Shown piece after piece: positions 29,514-38,328 of a stretch of 64,000 nt of DNA. Both the position numbers and the translations under genes were made by a program. Each line of letters opens with the position of its first letter. Position 1 is the stretch's first letter. The notes beneath the pieces were generated by a model that saw only the letters and a list, made by a program, of their open reading frames with translations, did not search any database and had not been told where the DNA came from. The stretch is from Candidatus Nealsonbacteria bacterium (GTDB taxonomy: Bacteria; Patescibacteriota; Minisyncoccia; Minisyncoccales; JAGGXC01). The stretch is taken from contig JAPLXH010000006.1 of the NCBI GenBank assembly GCA_026396195.1, positions 13,784-77,783 on the forward strand, given 5' to 3'.

Positions 29514-29675
29514 TTATTTTTTACTGGGAAGGAATTTGAACATTTTTGTTCCACAGTCAGGGCAAGTTCCGGTTGCGGCTCTTCTTTTTGTGCCGCCCTT
29601 TCCGCCCACGCTCACTTCTTTCTCGTTCTTTATCTCCTTTTTTTTCTTACACTTTACGCAATATGCTTCTGCCAT
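29514..29675 (-). CDS. small zinc-ribbon protein (DUF5679-like), 53 aa
   Basis: Hand-found ORF below the track cutoff: MAEAYCVKCKKKKEIKNEKEVSVGGKGGTKRRAATGTCPDCGTKMFKFLPSKK (CxxC...CxxC). Confidence 0.65.
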   Translation of the reverse strand: MAEAYCVKCKKKKEIKNEKEVSVGGKGGTKRRAATGTCPDCGTKMFKFLPSKK

Positions 29676-29780
29676 ATAAATTTTGAAAAATTATTTAAGA
29701 GTACGACCTTTTTAAAGCTTTGTATGATTTTACCTTAATTTAAGCAAAGAATAAAGCAATTATCCACAAGCTAGCCCATT

Positions 29781-30911
29781 TTACCCGAATGTCAGGAAAT
29801 TCGGCTTGAAAATCAATAAAATTCCCAGAATAAGCATAAGGACGCCGGCAATCAAAGTTGAATACTTATTATACTTATCCGAGAAGTCAAAATGCCTCAA
29901 GGTGAAGAAAGCGAAGCCGAAAACTATAAAATCGTCCAGCATATAGAATATATTATAAAAAAACATATAAAGGTAATATTGGAGAGTTCCGATATTCTGA
30001 AGCGTTAAAACGCGGGTAAACACCACCGGAAAACCAGCTGAGCAGAAAAATTCTATCATATTCACCCCGAAAGCCAAGGCAATGACTCCCAAAATCGTGG
30101 CCGGCAGGGCTTTTGGCATTAAAACTTTATTAATTTTATTAAAAAGCTTTTCCTTGCCTGAATCCCCCACAACTTTGCAGGTCGCCGGCTTCCAGGTAAA
30201 AAAGTCCTTTATTCTCAAAACGCCAAAACCAATTCCGAAAACTCCTATAAGCATTCGGGTGATTGTAACATATTGAATAAATAAAAAGGCGTTAAGCCAG
30301 GCGGTCATAAAAAGAAAATAAAGAAGTCCTTCGGCAAAAATAAATATCCCGCCTATCAAGGCAATTTTCTTGCGAGATTTGCTTGCAAGCAAAAGAGAAA
30401 TCAGCATCACCAAAACCCACATCGCGCAGGGATTAAACCCGTCCAAAGTTCCCAAAACCACAGTTAAAACCGGCAAAGAAACCTTGGAAGCATCAACTTC
30501 TCCCAGAAAAGGAACTTTAATGGTTTTAGAAGAACCCCCATTCATACCTAAACATTCCATTAAGCAAGTTTCAATGTCCTTGCCTGTCTGGTCGTTAAAT
30601 CCGACAAAATATTTAGTTGGAGTAAAAGTTACGGGCACATATCCTTTTTCATTGTCAGGAACATTATATTTCTGGTAAAAATCCTCTAAAACTTTTTTGT
30701 TCTCGGGGTTGTGAACCACTTCATAAGATTTTATTTCGATTCCCGGATATTTTTGCTTCAAGGTCTCCAAAAATTTCTCTTCTGCGGCGCAATGAGGACA
30801 GGTTGAACTATAGAAAAAATTAACCTCGGCTTTCTTTCCTTGAGCCAGAGCCAAATTAAAATTAGCCAACAAAAAACAGAAAATTAAAGCAAATAAAATT
30901 AATTTCTTCAT
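29781..30911 (-). CDS. thioredoxin-fold domain fused to a DsbD/CcdA-like membrane thiol-disulfide transporter
   Basis: Signal peptide, then FFYSSTCPHCAAEE (CxxC), then a polytopic domain with DGFNPCAMWVL. Confidence 0.65.
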   Translation of the reverse strand: MKKLILFALIFCFLLANFNLALAQGKKAEVNFFYSSTCPHCAAEEKFLETLKQKYPGIEIKSYEVVHNPENKKVLEDFYQKYNVPDNEKGYVPVTFTPTKYFVGFNDQTGKDIETCLMECLGMNGGSSKTIKVPFLGEVDASKVSLPVLTVVLGTLDGFNPCAMWVLVMLISLLLASKSRKKIALIGGIFIFAEGLLYFLFMTAWLNAFLFIQYVTITRMLIGVFGIGFGVLRIKDFFTWKPATCKVVGDSGKEKLFNKINKVLMPKALPATILGVIALAFGVNMIEFFCSAGFPVVFTRVLTLQNIGTLQYYLYMFFYNIFYMLDDFIVFGFAFFTLRHFDFSDKYNKYSTLIAGVLMLILGILLIFKPNFLTFG

Positions 30912-30957
30912 AGATGAATAATTTATGATACCAGATTAGCTGATTTTTGAGAATACT

Positions 30958-31944
30958 TCAACTAAAAAGCTGCAAATCCACTTCTTTGCCAATATATTTC
31001 TCTCTGGCTTTACAATAAACAAGATGAGCGGCGAATAAATCCTGGATAGCCAGGCCCGTTGAGTCAAAAACAGTAATTTCTTCGTCATTTTCCCGGCCGA
31101 TTTTTTCGGAGTTCACGATTTTTCCCAAAGAAGAATAAATATCTTCTTTTGCTATTATGCCTTTATTAAAAGGCACGTTGATTTCCCCGGAGTGGCTGGC
31201 CTGAGCCCAATCGTCAATCACCACTTTGGCTGTTTTTAAAATTTCCGGGTCCAGCTCCTCTTTGCCGGCAGCATCAGCTCCGATAGCGTTAATATGAGTG
31301 CCGGGCATTATCCATTCTCGCTTAATAATCGGTTTTTCCGAAGGAGTAGTGGTAACTAAAATATCCTGCCTTGCCACTTCCTCAATTGAAGCTTTCTCTA
31401 TTTTAATTCCTATTTCCAAAAGCGAATTGGCAAGGTTTGTTATATTCTTTTGGCTAAGGTCGCAAACAAAAACTTTTTCTATCGGCCTGACTTTTGAAAT
31501 AGCGACGATTTGAAATAAGGCTTGTTTGCCCGCTCCCGCCACGCCTAAGGTTTTGGCTTCTTTTCTGGCTAAATATTTGACAGCTATTGCTCCCGCAGCG
31601 CCGGTTCTCATTCCGGTGATATAAGTTCCGTCCATTAAAGCCAAAGGGAAACCGGTCTTGGAATCGTTTAAAATAATGACCGCCATTACTGTTGGCAATC
31701 CTTTTTTAGAATTTTCCGGATGAACGCTCACGATCTTAGTGCCTGCCATATCCAAATCAGTGGCAAAGGCCGGCATTATCCGAAGGTCGCCATTGTACTG
31801 TTTAAAATATAAATAGCTTTTTGGAGGCATCTGCACTTTTCCCTTTGCGTAATCTAAAAAAGCTTTTTCCGTACAATCTATCACTTGCCCGATTTCCGAC
31901 AAAGGAAGCAAATCTTTAACTTCTTTTTGGTTAAGTATCAACAT
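30958..31944 (-). CDS. ornithine cyclodeaminase/mu-crystallin family (archaeal-type alanine dehydrogenase-like)
   Basis: LGVAGAGKQALFQ Rossmann motif and family-typical length of 328 aa. Confidence 0.8.
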   Translation of the reverse strand: MLILNQKEVKDLLPLSEIGQVIDCTEKAFLDYAKGKVQMPPKSYLYFKQYNGDLRIMPAFATDLDMAGTKIVSVHPENSKKGLPTVMAVIILNDSKTGFPLALMDGTYITGMRTGAAGAIAVKYLARKEAKTLGVAGAGKQALFQIVAISKVRPIEKVFVCDLSQKNITNLANSLLEIGIKIEKASIEEVARQDILVTTTPSEKPIIKREWIMPGTHINAIGADAAGKEELDPEILKTAKVVIDDWAQASHSGEINVPFNKGIIAKEDIYSSLGKIVNSEKIGRENDEEITVFDSTGLAIQDLFAAHLVYCKAREKYIGKEVDLQLFS

Positions 31945-31990
31945 AAATTACAAAATTAATTTTTAATCAAACAATGGCTCTATTATAATA

Positions 31991-32017
31991 GAAAGATTGC
32001 CTTTTAGGCAATCTTTC
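31991..32017 (-). terminator. perfect 11-bp hairpin 19 nt after the giant adhesin stop
   Basis: GAAAGATTGCC-tttta-GGCAATCTTTC. The U-tail is weak. Confidence 0.45.
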
Positions 32018-32035
32018 TTCTCAAACAACTGCTGT

Positions 32036-35000
32036 CTATTTTTTGGCTTTTTTTCTCTTCTCAGAAATAAAATATAGTACAAATAAAATCACTATAATTG
32101 AAACAATCAATAAATTAGTTTTTCCTATAGTGTTAAATACTGAAGCCAGGCCCTTTGAAAGAAAACCAAGAAATTTTTGGCGTTCCGGAGACGAAGTATT
32201 ATGTTCTTCTTGTTGTCCTTGGGCTTGGCCTTGGGAAATTTCAGTTGATGTTCCTTCTGCTGAACCCTCTTCAATTTCTACAACAGGCTGTTCTTCTTCA
32301 AGAACAGGACCGGGAATTAAAGGCTCTGTGACAAAAATTAATTCTTCTTCACCTAAAACTTCCGGTGAGCCTCGTGAAATAGGCCTCCAGTAATAAGTTT
32401 TATCGGGAGCCAAGCCGGTTATTATCACGGAATGAAAAATAACCTTATTTTCTATGTCTTGTTCCTCCGTCGAAAAATTATATCCATAAGTCGGCGATTC
32501 TCCGGGAGTTGAAACTCTTTGTTCTCCGTAAACTACCCTGCTGGTAGCCGGAATATTCGTGTACCAAGAAACAGTGACTCCTGTGCTCGAAATATCGCCA
32601 AGTCTTGCATTAAATATGGAAATAGGAGGCTCTATAAAAGCAGAAGTAGTGGCAGAACTGTCTTTGCAGGTCTCGGAAGCTATTTGATTAAATATTCCGT
32701 TTAAATCGTTGCCTGTAGGAGCAAAATAATATTTGCCGCCCGTGTTCTTCGCCATATTAGAAAGCATTTTTGTATTTACATCGCTCCCTAATCCAATGGT
32801 AAATATCATAATTCCATTTTCAGCAGCTTCCAAAGACTTAGCCAAAGCCAGGGCTATGTCAGCCGGATTTTCATTAGAACCGTTGCCATTCGGCTGATTA
32901 GCTCTTCCGTCAGTCAAAAGAATTTCTATTCTGGCTATGCTCGGAGAAGCAGTAGCTGATATTAATTCCTTATTGGCCTTATCAATTGCCTCTCCTATGT
33001 TAGTAGCACCGCTTGCAACTAATCCGGCAATAATAGACTTGGTAGATGCATGGTCGTTTGATAATTTTTTATTCAAAGCAGATGTCCAGCTGAATGAAAC
33101 TAATCCGGACTGGTCGCCACTTCTTAAATTATCAATGAAACTGTTAGCTGCAGTTTTAGCCATAGACAATCTTGTCGGGCTGTCGTATCCCATGCTGCCT
33201 GACACATCCATAACCATCATTACGTTTAAATCCATATTGCATATATTTTTTTCTAAGATGCAAGACGCGGTACAAGTGTAACCCTCTGTAACCCCGGCGC
33301 TTTTATCACACTGTTCGCTTCCATTTACTATCCCGTCGCCGCAAAAAGGCGAACCGCCGCAGTTTGGGCCAATGCAGCCGCCGCAACCGCCGCAATAGTT
33401 TCCGCAACTATCGGTTTGGTTGCATTCTAATTGAGAACAAGTTTTAATCGGTATGCAATGATAATTATTGGTTATGGTACAAGTTTTTGTCTCCCCTGCC
33501 AGAATTGTGCTCGAGCAGTTATCAGAATATGAGGTGGTATAATTCGAAAGACTGGACTGGTTTACACTGTAAGAACCTGAACCAAGAATCACCGGAGTGC
33601 CTGGAGCTTCTTGTCCTGGAAATGAAGTAGGAACAGGACTGTTTCCTGCTACAGAAACTGTAAAAGCTCCTGAAGTGGCGCTTCCGCCAATAACGTGGTC
33701 AATAACAATAAGAGTGCTAATTTCGGGTTGTTCCTTGTAAATATTAATTATTGTACAAGTTTTTGTCTCCCCTGCCATAATTGTGCTCGAACAATCGGCA
33801 GAAAACGAAGTAATATAGTTCGAATTATTAGATTGGCTTACGCTATAAGCGCCCGGATCAAGTACTACGTAAGTACCGGAAACATCTTCGCCGGGAAATG
33901 ATGCCGGAGAGGTATTAGTTCCTGTAACATAAACTGTAAAATCACCCGAGGTAGCTGTTCCGCCGATAACGTGGTCGATGACAATGAGAGTGCTGGTGCC
34001 GGGCTCAACATAGGGTTGGCATCTCAGACTTACGCTATCAACAAAAGTACCTAATGAATTGGCTACTCCCAAATCAGCAAATTCTAAACGGGTAGTGCTG
34101 GTATTGGCAGTGAAACTATAAACACGTTGAGACCAATTATTATTTGAAGAACCTGCTTGAGAAATAGTGTCTAAAATATTTCCATTCCATTTAACTTCAA
34201 GAACATTATCGCCTTGAGCGGTGCTTGGTCTTGGCGAAAAATAAAAACTAAGATTATAATTTTCTCCGGGAATGGTTGAGATGTCCTGATAAATTTTTAC
34301 GGAAGCAGGCTCATTGCTCAAACTTCCGGCTGGACCATCCCAGTCAGTGTCTAATTCGGCATATTGGATTCCTTCGTAAGGAAGCCAACCGTTAACTCCG
34401 GCCTGAAGTTCAAGATGGGCCGGTTCAGGCCTTGCAACATCATTCCAAATGGCCGGAATATCGTTTCTCCATTCAACTGTCCAATTTCCGGCAATTGAAT
34501 CAAAAATATTCCACAATTGAGGAGTTGAAACTAAAGGCAATTCAAAACCGTTGTTAACGATTAGTTCTTCTTCCGGATCGCAGATCGGAAGTTCAATAGT
34601 GCAACTGGCTGAACAACCGTCTCCGTCAATAATATTTCCGTCATCACATTGTTCATCGCCATTCAATATTCCATCGCCGCAATAAGACTCCACCGGAGTT
34701 AAAGCGTTAAAAGCAACGCAATAATAACTTTCGTCTAACTGGGGATTCAAAATATAGTCGTAGTTATCATAGTTTAAAACATCTTCGTGGCAATAAAGCT
34801 CGGCGCCAACGTTATCTCGAGGAGCGCTTGTGTCTCCTGAAAAAGGAATATATCCTTGTTTCATTATTTCACGAAGCCATATTCTGTCTCCGCTGGTAGT
34901 GCTAATATTTACGCTCGCTATTCCGTTGCTGTCTGTGGGACCGAAAGTTGTCCATCCTGAACCCGCGGGACCTATAATATTGTCTCCGGGATTAGGTGTT

Positions 35001-36631
35001 CCGGCAAAAGCCCATTCAAAATTCCAGCCTGAAGCTAAGTGGCAGTTTTGATTACCCTCAACAAACGACTGAGCGGTTTTTGCTGTAATGTTTGGACCGC
35101 CGTCGCCCCAGTTTGGCAAATCGGTTTCGGACTGACAAACTATTTTGGAAGCATAAATTGTCAATTGGTCATCACAATCAACCGTTGTTTGCTCTATCAC
35201 GAACTCTCCCCAGCCGGTCTGGTCAGACCAATATTTTGCTTTGTTTTCCAGAATAGTTCCGCACTGAGTATCTTGTGAAACTTGCATAGTCAGGTCAATA
35301 TTTTCTTCTTCTCCCGGAGTTAAAATTCCGAAATTCCATTTAATATAAGTGCTGGTTACTTCTTCGGGAGTTTTGCTGGAACTGACATAGCTTGTATTTT
35401 GGTCAAAAACGTCTTTTACTCTGACTCCGCCGCCGGTACAATTGGCAGTTCCCGTATTCTTTAAGTTCAAGTGATAAACAATTTGAGCTCCCGCATCTAC
35501 GGGGTCAATGTTATCGGTTTTGGTCAATTCTAATTCGCAATAAGGCTCTGTTTCTTCAAGAGCGTTAAAAGCAACGCAGTAATATTCCTCTCCTAATTGC
35601 GGATTCAAAATATAATCGTAGTTGTCGTAATTTAATACATCTTGATAACAATACATTTCCGCGCTTGTGCTGTTCTGTAAATCTCCGGGAGGATTAGAAA
35701 AAGGAATATATCCTTGTTTTAAAACTTCTCTCACCCAAATTTGATTGTTACCATTGAGCTCATCTTCACTTAAAATGACCTTGGCCGGAGTAGCGCCGGT
35801 AGGATTATCAAAATCATTCCATCCATTTCCGTCCGGGGCAAAGCCAATATAGTCGCCATTTTGCTTTTGGGCTTCGCCGTTTCTGCCCCATTCAAAATCC
35901 CATCCTGATTCAAGATGGCAGTATTGGGAATTTTGGGCGACAAAATCATTGATAACTTGCTCGGTTATTATTGAAACATCTTGTCCGTCGCCCCAGTTGG
36001 GTAAATATTGTTCGCTGTCGCAAACAACCTTGTAACCGTAAATAATTACTTCTCCGCAGTCCTGAGGACAATTACATTTATTCTCTCCAAGACCGCAAAC
36101 TCCATTTCCGCACATTGTACAATAAAAAGCTCCTACGCATTCGCCCGAACATTCACCGGTCAAGTCCGGCTGGTCGCATCCTATTTGAGTTAGACCTTGG
36201 CAGCATTCGGGACCCTCGGGAACAACTGCTCCGCTTTCACCCTCGGCGATACATTGAGGTTGTTCAATAGTACAGCTCGCCGAACAACCGTCGCCATTAA
36301 TAATATTTCCGTCATCACATTCCTCGCCTGCTTCTAATGTTTGATTACCGCAAACAGGAGGAGGCGGAGGAGGCGGACATAAAGCCCCTCCTTCTATTAC
36401 AAAATCTTCCTGATTCTGGGCTAAATGAGCGCTAAGAGCATCTATGGAAATTTCTATTTCTACCCAGGGATTTTCAGAGCTTTCTGTCCTATGGCAAACC
36501 TGCACATTTTCCGGTACGCAAGCCGATACCTCAGCTGCCTTGTTTGAAAAATTAAAACCAGGAAAAGCGAGGTTTCCCACAAACGAAAAGATAAACATTA
36601 AGACTAAAATTCTTTTACTTAGTATTTTCAT
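32036..36631 (-). CDS. giant mosaic surface adhesin (1531 aa): Cys-rich repeats, duplicated modules, DUF642-like jelly roll, VWA, FN3-like, C-terminal TM anchor
   Basis: Signal peptide. Two CGDG/ECDDGNIINGDGCSASCTIE repeats (myxo-type Cys-rich repeat). Two ~165-aa modules (KVVCDSEQYLPNWGDG... / KIVCQSETDLPNWGDG...). Two ~95-aa modules (TLIVIDHVIGG.ATSG). VWA MIDAS MVMDVSGSM. FN3-like VTVSWYTN..RVVYG..YYWRP. The C-terminus is TM + KRKKAKK. Confidence 0.9.
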   Translation of the reverse strand: MKILSKRILVLMFIFSFVGNLAFPGFNFSNKAAEVSACVPENVQVCHRTESSENPWVEIEISIDALSAHLAQNQEDFVIEGGALCPPPPPPPVCGNQTLEAGEECDDGNIINGDGCSASCTIEQPQCIAEGESGAVVPEGPECCQGLTQIGCDQPDLTGECSGECVGAFYCTMCGNGVCGLGENKCNCPQDCGEVIIYGYKVVCDSEQYLPNWGDGQDVSIITEQVINDFVAQNSQYCHLESGWDFEWGRNGEAQKQNGDYIGFAPDGNGWNDFDNPTGATPAKVILSEDELNGNNQIWVREVLKQGYIPFSNPPGDLQNSTSAEMYCYQDVLNYDNYDYILNPQLGEEYYCVAFNALEETEPYCELELTKTDNIDPVDAGAQIVYHLNLKNTGTANCTGGGVRVKDVFDQNTSYVSSSKTPEEVTSTYIKWNFGILTPGEEENIDLTMQVSQDTQCGTILENKAKYWSDQTGWGEFVIEQTTVDCDDQLTIYASKIVCQSETDLPNWGDGGPNITAKTAQSFVEGNQNCHLASGWNFEWAFAGTPNPGDNIIGPAGSGWTTFGPTDSNGIASVNISTTSGDRIWLREIMKQGYIPFSGDTSAPRDNVGAELYCHEDVLNYDNYDYILNPQLDESYYCVAFNALTPVESYCGDGILNGDEQCDDGNIIDGDGCSASCTIELPICDPEEELIVNNGFELPLVSTPQLWNIFDSIAGNWTVEWRNDIPAIWNDVARPEPAHLELQAGVNGWLPYEGIQYAELDTDWDGPAGSLSNEPASVKIYQDISTIPGENYNLSFYFSPRPSTAQGDNVLEVKWNGNILDTISQAGSSNNNWSQRVYSFTANTSTTRLEFADLGVANSLGTFVDSVSLRCQPYVEPGTSTLIVIDHVIGGTATSGDFTVYVTGTNTSPASFPGEDVSGTYVVLDPGAYSVSQSNNSNYITSFSADCSSTIMAGETKTCTIINIYKEQPEISTLIVIDHVIGGSATSGAFTVSVAGNSPVPTSFPGQEAPGTPVILGSGSYSVNQSSLSNYTTSYSDNCSSTILAGETKTCTITNNYHCIPIKTCSQLECNQTDSCGNYCGGCGGCIGPNCGGSPFCGDGIVNGSEQCDKSAGVTEGYTCTASCILEKNICNMDLNVMMVMDVSGSMGYDSPTRLSMAKTAANSFIDNLRSGDQSGLVSFSWTSALNKKLSNDHASTKSIIAGLVASGATNIGEAIDKANKELISATASPSIARIEILLTDGRANQPNGNGSNENPADIALALAKSLEAAENGIMIFTIGLGSDVNTKMLSNMAKNTGGKYYFAPTGNDLNGIFNQIASETCKDSSATTSAFIEPPISIFNARLGDISSTGVTVSWYTNIPATSRVVYGEQRVSTPGESPTYGYNFSTEEQDIENKVIFHSVIITGLAPDKTYYWRPISRGSPEVLGEEELIFVTEPLIPGPVLEEEQPVVEIEEGSAEGTSTEISQGQAQGQQEEHNTSSPERQKFLGFLSKGLASVFNTIGKTNLLIVSIIVILFVLYFISEKRKKAKK

Positions 36632-36927
36632 TTTTTTATATCTTTAATTTAATAATTATTTTTCGACTTTTTATAACTGACTTTCGGCCTTTTTTTACTT
36701 CTTTTATGAAACACAAAAAACACTTCCTGTGAAAAAGCGTTCAAATAATTCTTACCCAAGAATTCTTGAGCCAGCTGTTAAAAAATTTTTAACAACCGGT
36801 TAAATTATTTCTTATTGTAGGTTCCCTCCTGCCTTCCCTTTTATCAAAAAAAGGCATTATAAACCGGCACAAAAATTCAAAGAACTGTCATTTGTGTTCC
36901 AATTATTTATTCAATTCTTGTGTTGCA

Positions 36928-36957
36928 ATTATACACTGACTTTCTGTGTTCTGTCAA
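36928..36957 (-). promoter_or_regulatory. near-consensus sigma70-type promoter ~290 nt upstream of the giant adhesin gene
   Basis: The minus strand reads TTGACA-N18-TATAAT (TTGACA = complement of 36952-36957; TATAAT = complement of 36928-36933). Confidence 0.45.
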
Positions 36958-37063
36958 TATAAAACTTGAATTAATTTATCGCATTTGTCCTATCCAAATG
37001 TCCTACTTTTTTGTTAAGAAAAAAGCCACTAAAAGCGACTTTTTTATTATATCAAAATGCATT

Positions 37064-38320
37064 TTATTTTTCTTCTTTTTTTCTTCTTTTAAATAATAAA
37101 AACAACAAAAATAAGATAATAATTAAAAGTAAAATTATCAGCCAGTTATTGCCAAATTTTCCCAGTACATCTATTAAAGAAGCTAATCCTCCTGAGAGAA
37201 AAGCTCTAAGACCTTCATTAGCTTGATTTCCCAATCCTTCCTGCCCTTCTTCTTCTCCTTGTCCGCCATTTCCTGCTGTCAGCTCATTTCCCTCGCCCCC
37301 TTCGACTTCGCTCGGGACAGGTCCTTGATTGCCTCCGGTTTCTCCGCCCAAAGCAATTTGTTGACCGGGCGTTTCACTTCCGCCAGCTGGAGGATTTCCT
37401 CCTTCTTCTTGATTCCCGCCTGTATTTTGGTTAGCGCAATTTTCTGCGGTCACAGTAGTGAAATTAAATTCTCCGGTAATTGATGACGGTGAAGCATGGG
37501 ATTCGCAGCGGAAATAATAAGTGGTATTTGGAGAAAGCCCGGTAATAGTTACGGAATGAGCGGTTACTTTTTCAAGCAAGCTGTTGTCTCCTTCTTTTGA
37601 ATTTGCGTAGCCATAATTTAAAGCATATAAATCAAAGTTGTGGGATTCGCTCGCTTTTGAATAAACTACCCGGCTGGTAGAAAAATAATTTGTAGTCCAA
37701 TTGATAGTTATACTGCAGGATTCACAACCGGTAAGATTGGTTGAAGCCACTGATTCGCTCAAAATAGTTAAACCCTGTGGCAAAGTTCCGCCTCCGCCTC
37801 CTCCGCCGCCTCCACCTTCCGTTATGCCGTTGCCATCTCCGTCTTGTCCTTCCTCTCCCTGAAATCCGATTAAAATATCAAAACCCAATGCTTTTCCCTG
37901 ATAATCATTATTGCTTGCGGAATCAAAAGCAATCGTAAGGTCATATTGTTTTGTAGCCCCATTAGCCAAATCAGAAAGATAAAATTGTCCGGCGTTAAAA
38001 AAGTTAATCAAAGTATTGTTATAAAGAATAGTTGCTCCTTCTTTGATTGTTAAATTCAATTGGGAAGCAAAATTATCCGGGTCGCTTTCATTTATTGTTT
38101 CAATGGCAATTCCTCGGCTTTCTCCGCTGTTGTTGGTTACTTTTATCCAGCGGGTAATTCCCTCGCCCGGCAAAAAGTTCGCCTCTTTGAACAAAGGCGT
38201 TTTTTCAAATTCAACTGCCAAAGGATCAGCAGGTTGAGCATAAGTTGAATTCACTGTTAAAATCCCTGTTCCAAGAACGATAAGTGAAATTAATAAAATT
38301 GTTTTATAAACTTTGTTCAT
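37064..38320 (-). CDS. TasA/camelysin-fold domain + poly-Gly + FN3-like domain, C-terminally TM-anchored surface protein
   Basis: Ordinary signal peptide (..NSTYAQP). Core FLPGEGITRWIKVTNNSG...NNDYQGKALGFDILIGFQ resembles the TasA core. G9 run. RVVYS..YYFRC FN3-like. The C-terminus is FLSGGLASLIDVLGK + TM + KRRKKEEK. Confidence 0.7.
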   Translation of the reverse strand: MNKVYKTILLISLIVLGTGILTVNSTYAQPADPLAVEFEKTPLFKEANFLPGEGITRWIKVTNNSGESRGIAIETINESDPDNFASQLNLTIKEGATILYNNTLINFFNAGQFYLSDLANGATKQYDLTIAFDSASNNDYQGKALGFDILIGFQGEEGQDGDGNGITEGGGGGGGGGGTLPQGLTILSESVASTNLTGCESCSITINWTTNYFSTSRVVYSKASESHNFDLYALNYGYANSKEGDNSLLEKVTAHSVTITGLSPNTTYYFRCESHASPSSITGEFNFTTVTAENCANQNTGGNQEEGGNPPAGGSETPGQQIALGGETGGNQGPVPSEVEGGEGNELTAGNGGQGEEEGQEGLGNQANEGLRAFLSGGLASLIDVLGKFGNNWLIILLLIIILFLLFLLFKRRKKEEK

Positions 38321-38328
38321 TTTTAAAT

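Noticed and set aside
33480-34020. Tandem ~95-aa modules and the two 165-aa modules of the giant adhesin considered as DGR template/variable repeat pairs.
   Set aside because: No reverse transcriptase or accessory gene is in the window. The copies differ at all nucleotide types and throughout their length, not at adenine-specific sites in a short VR.
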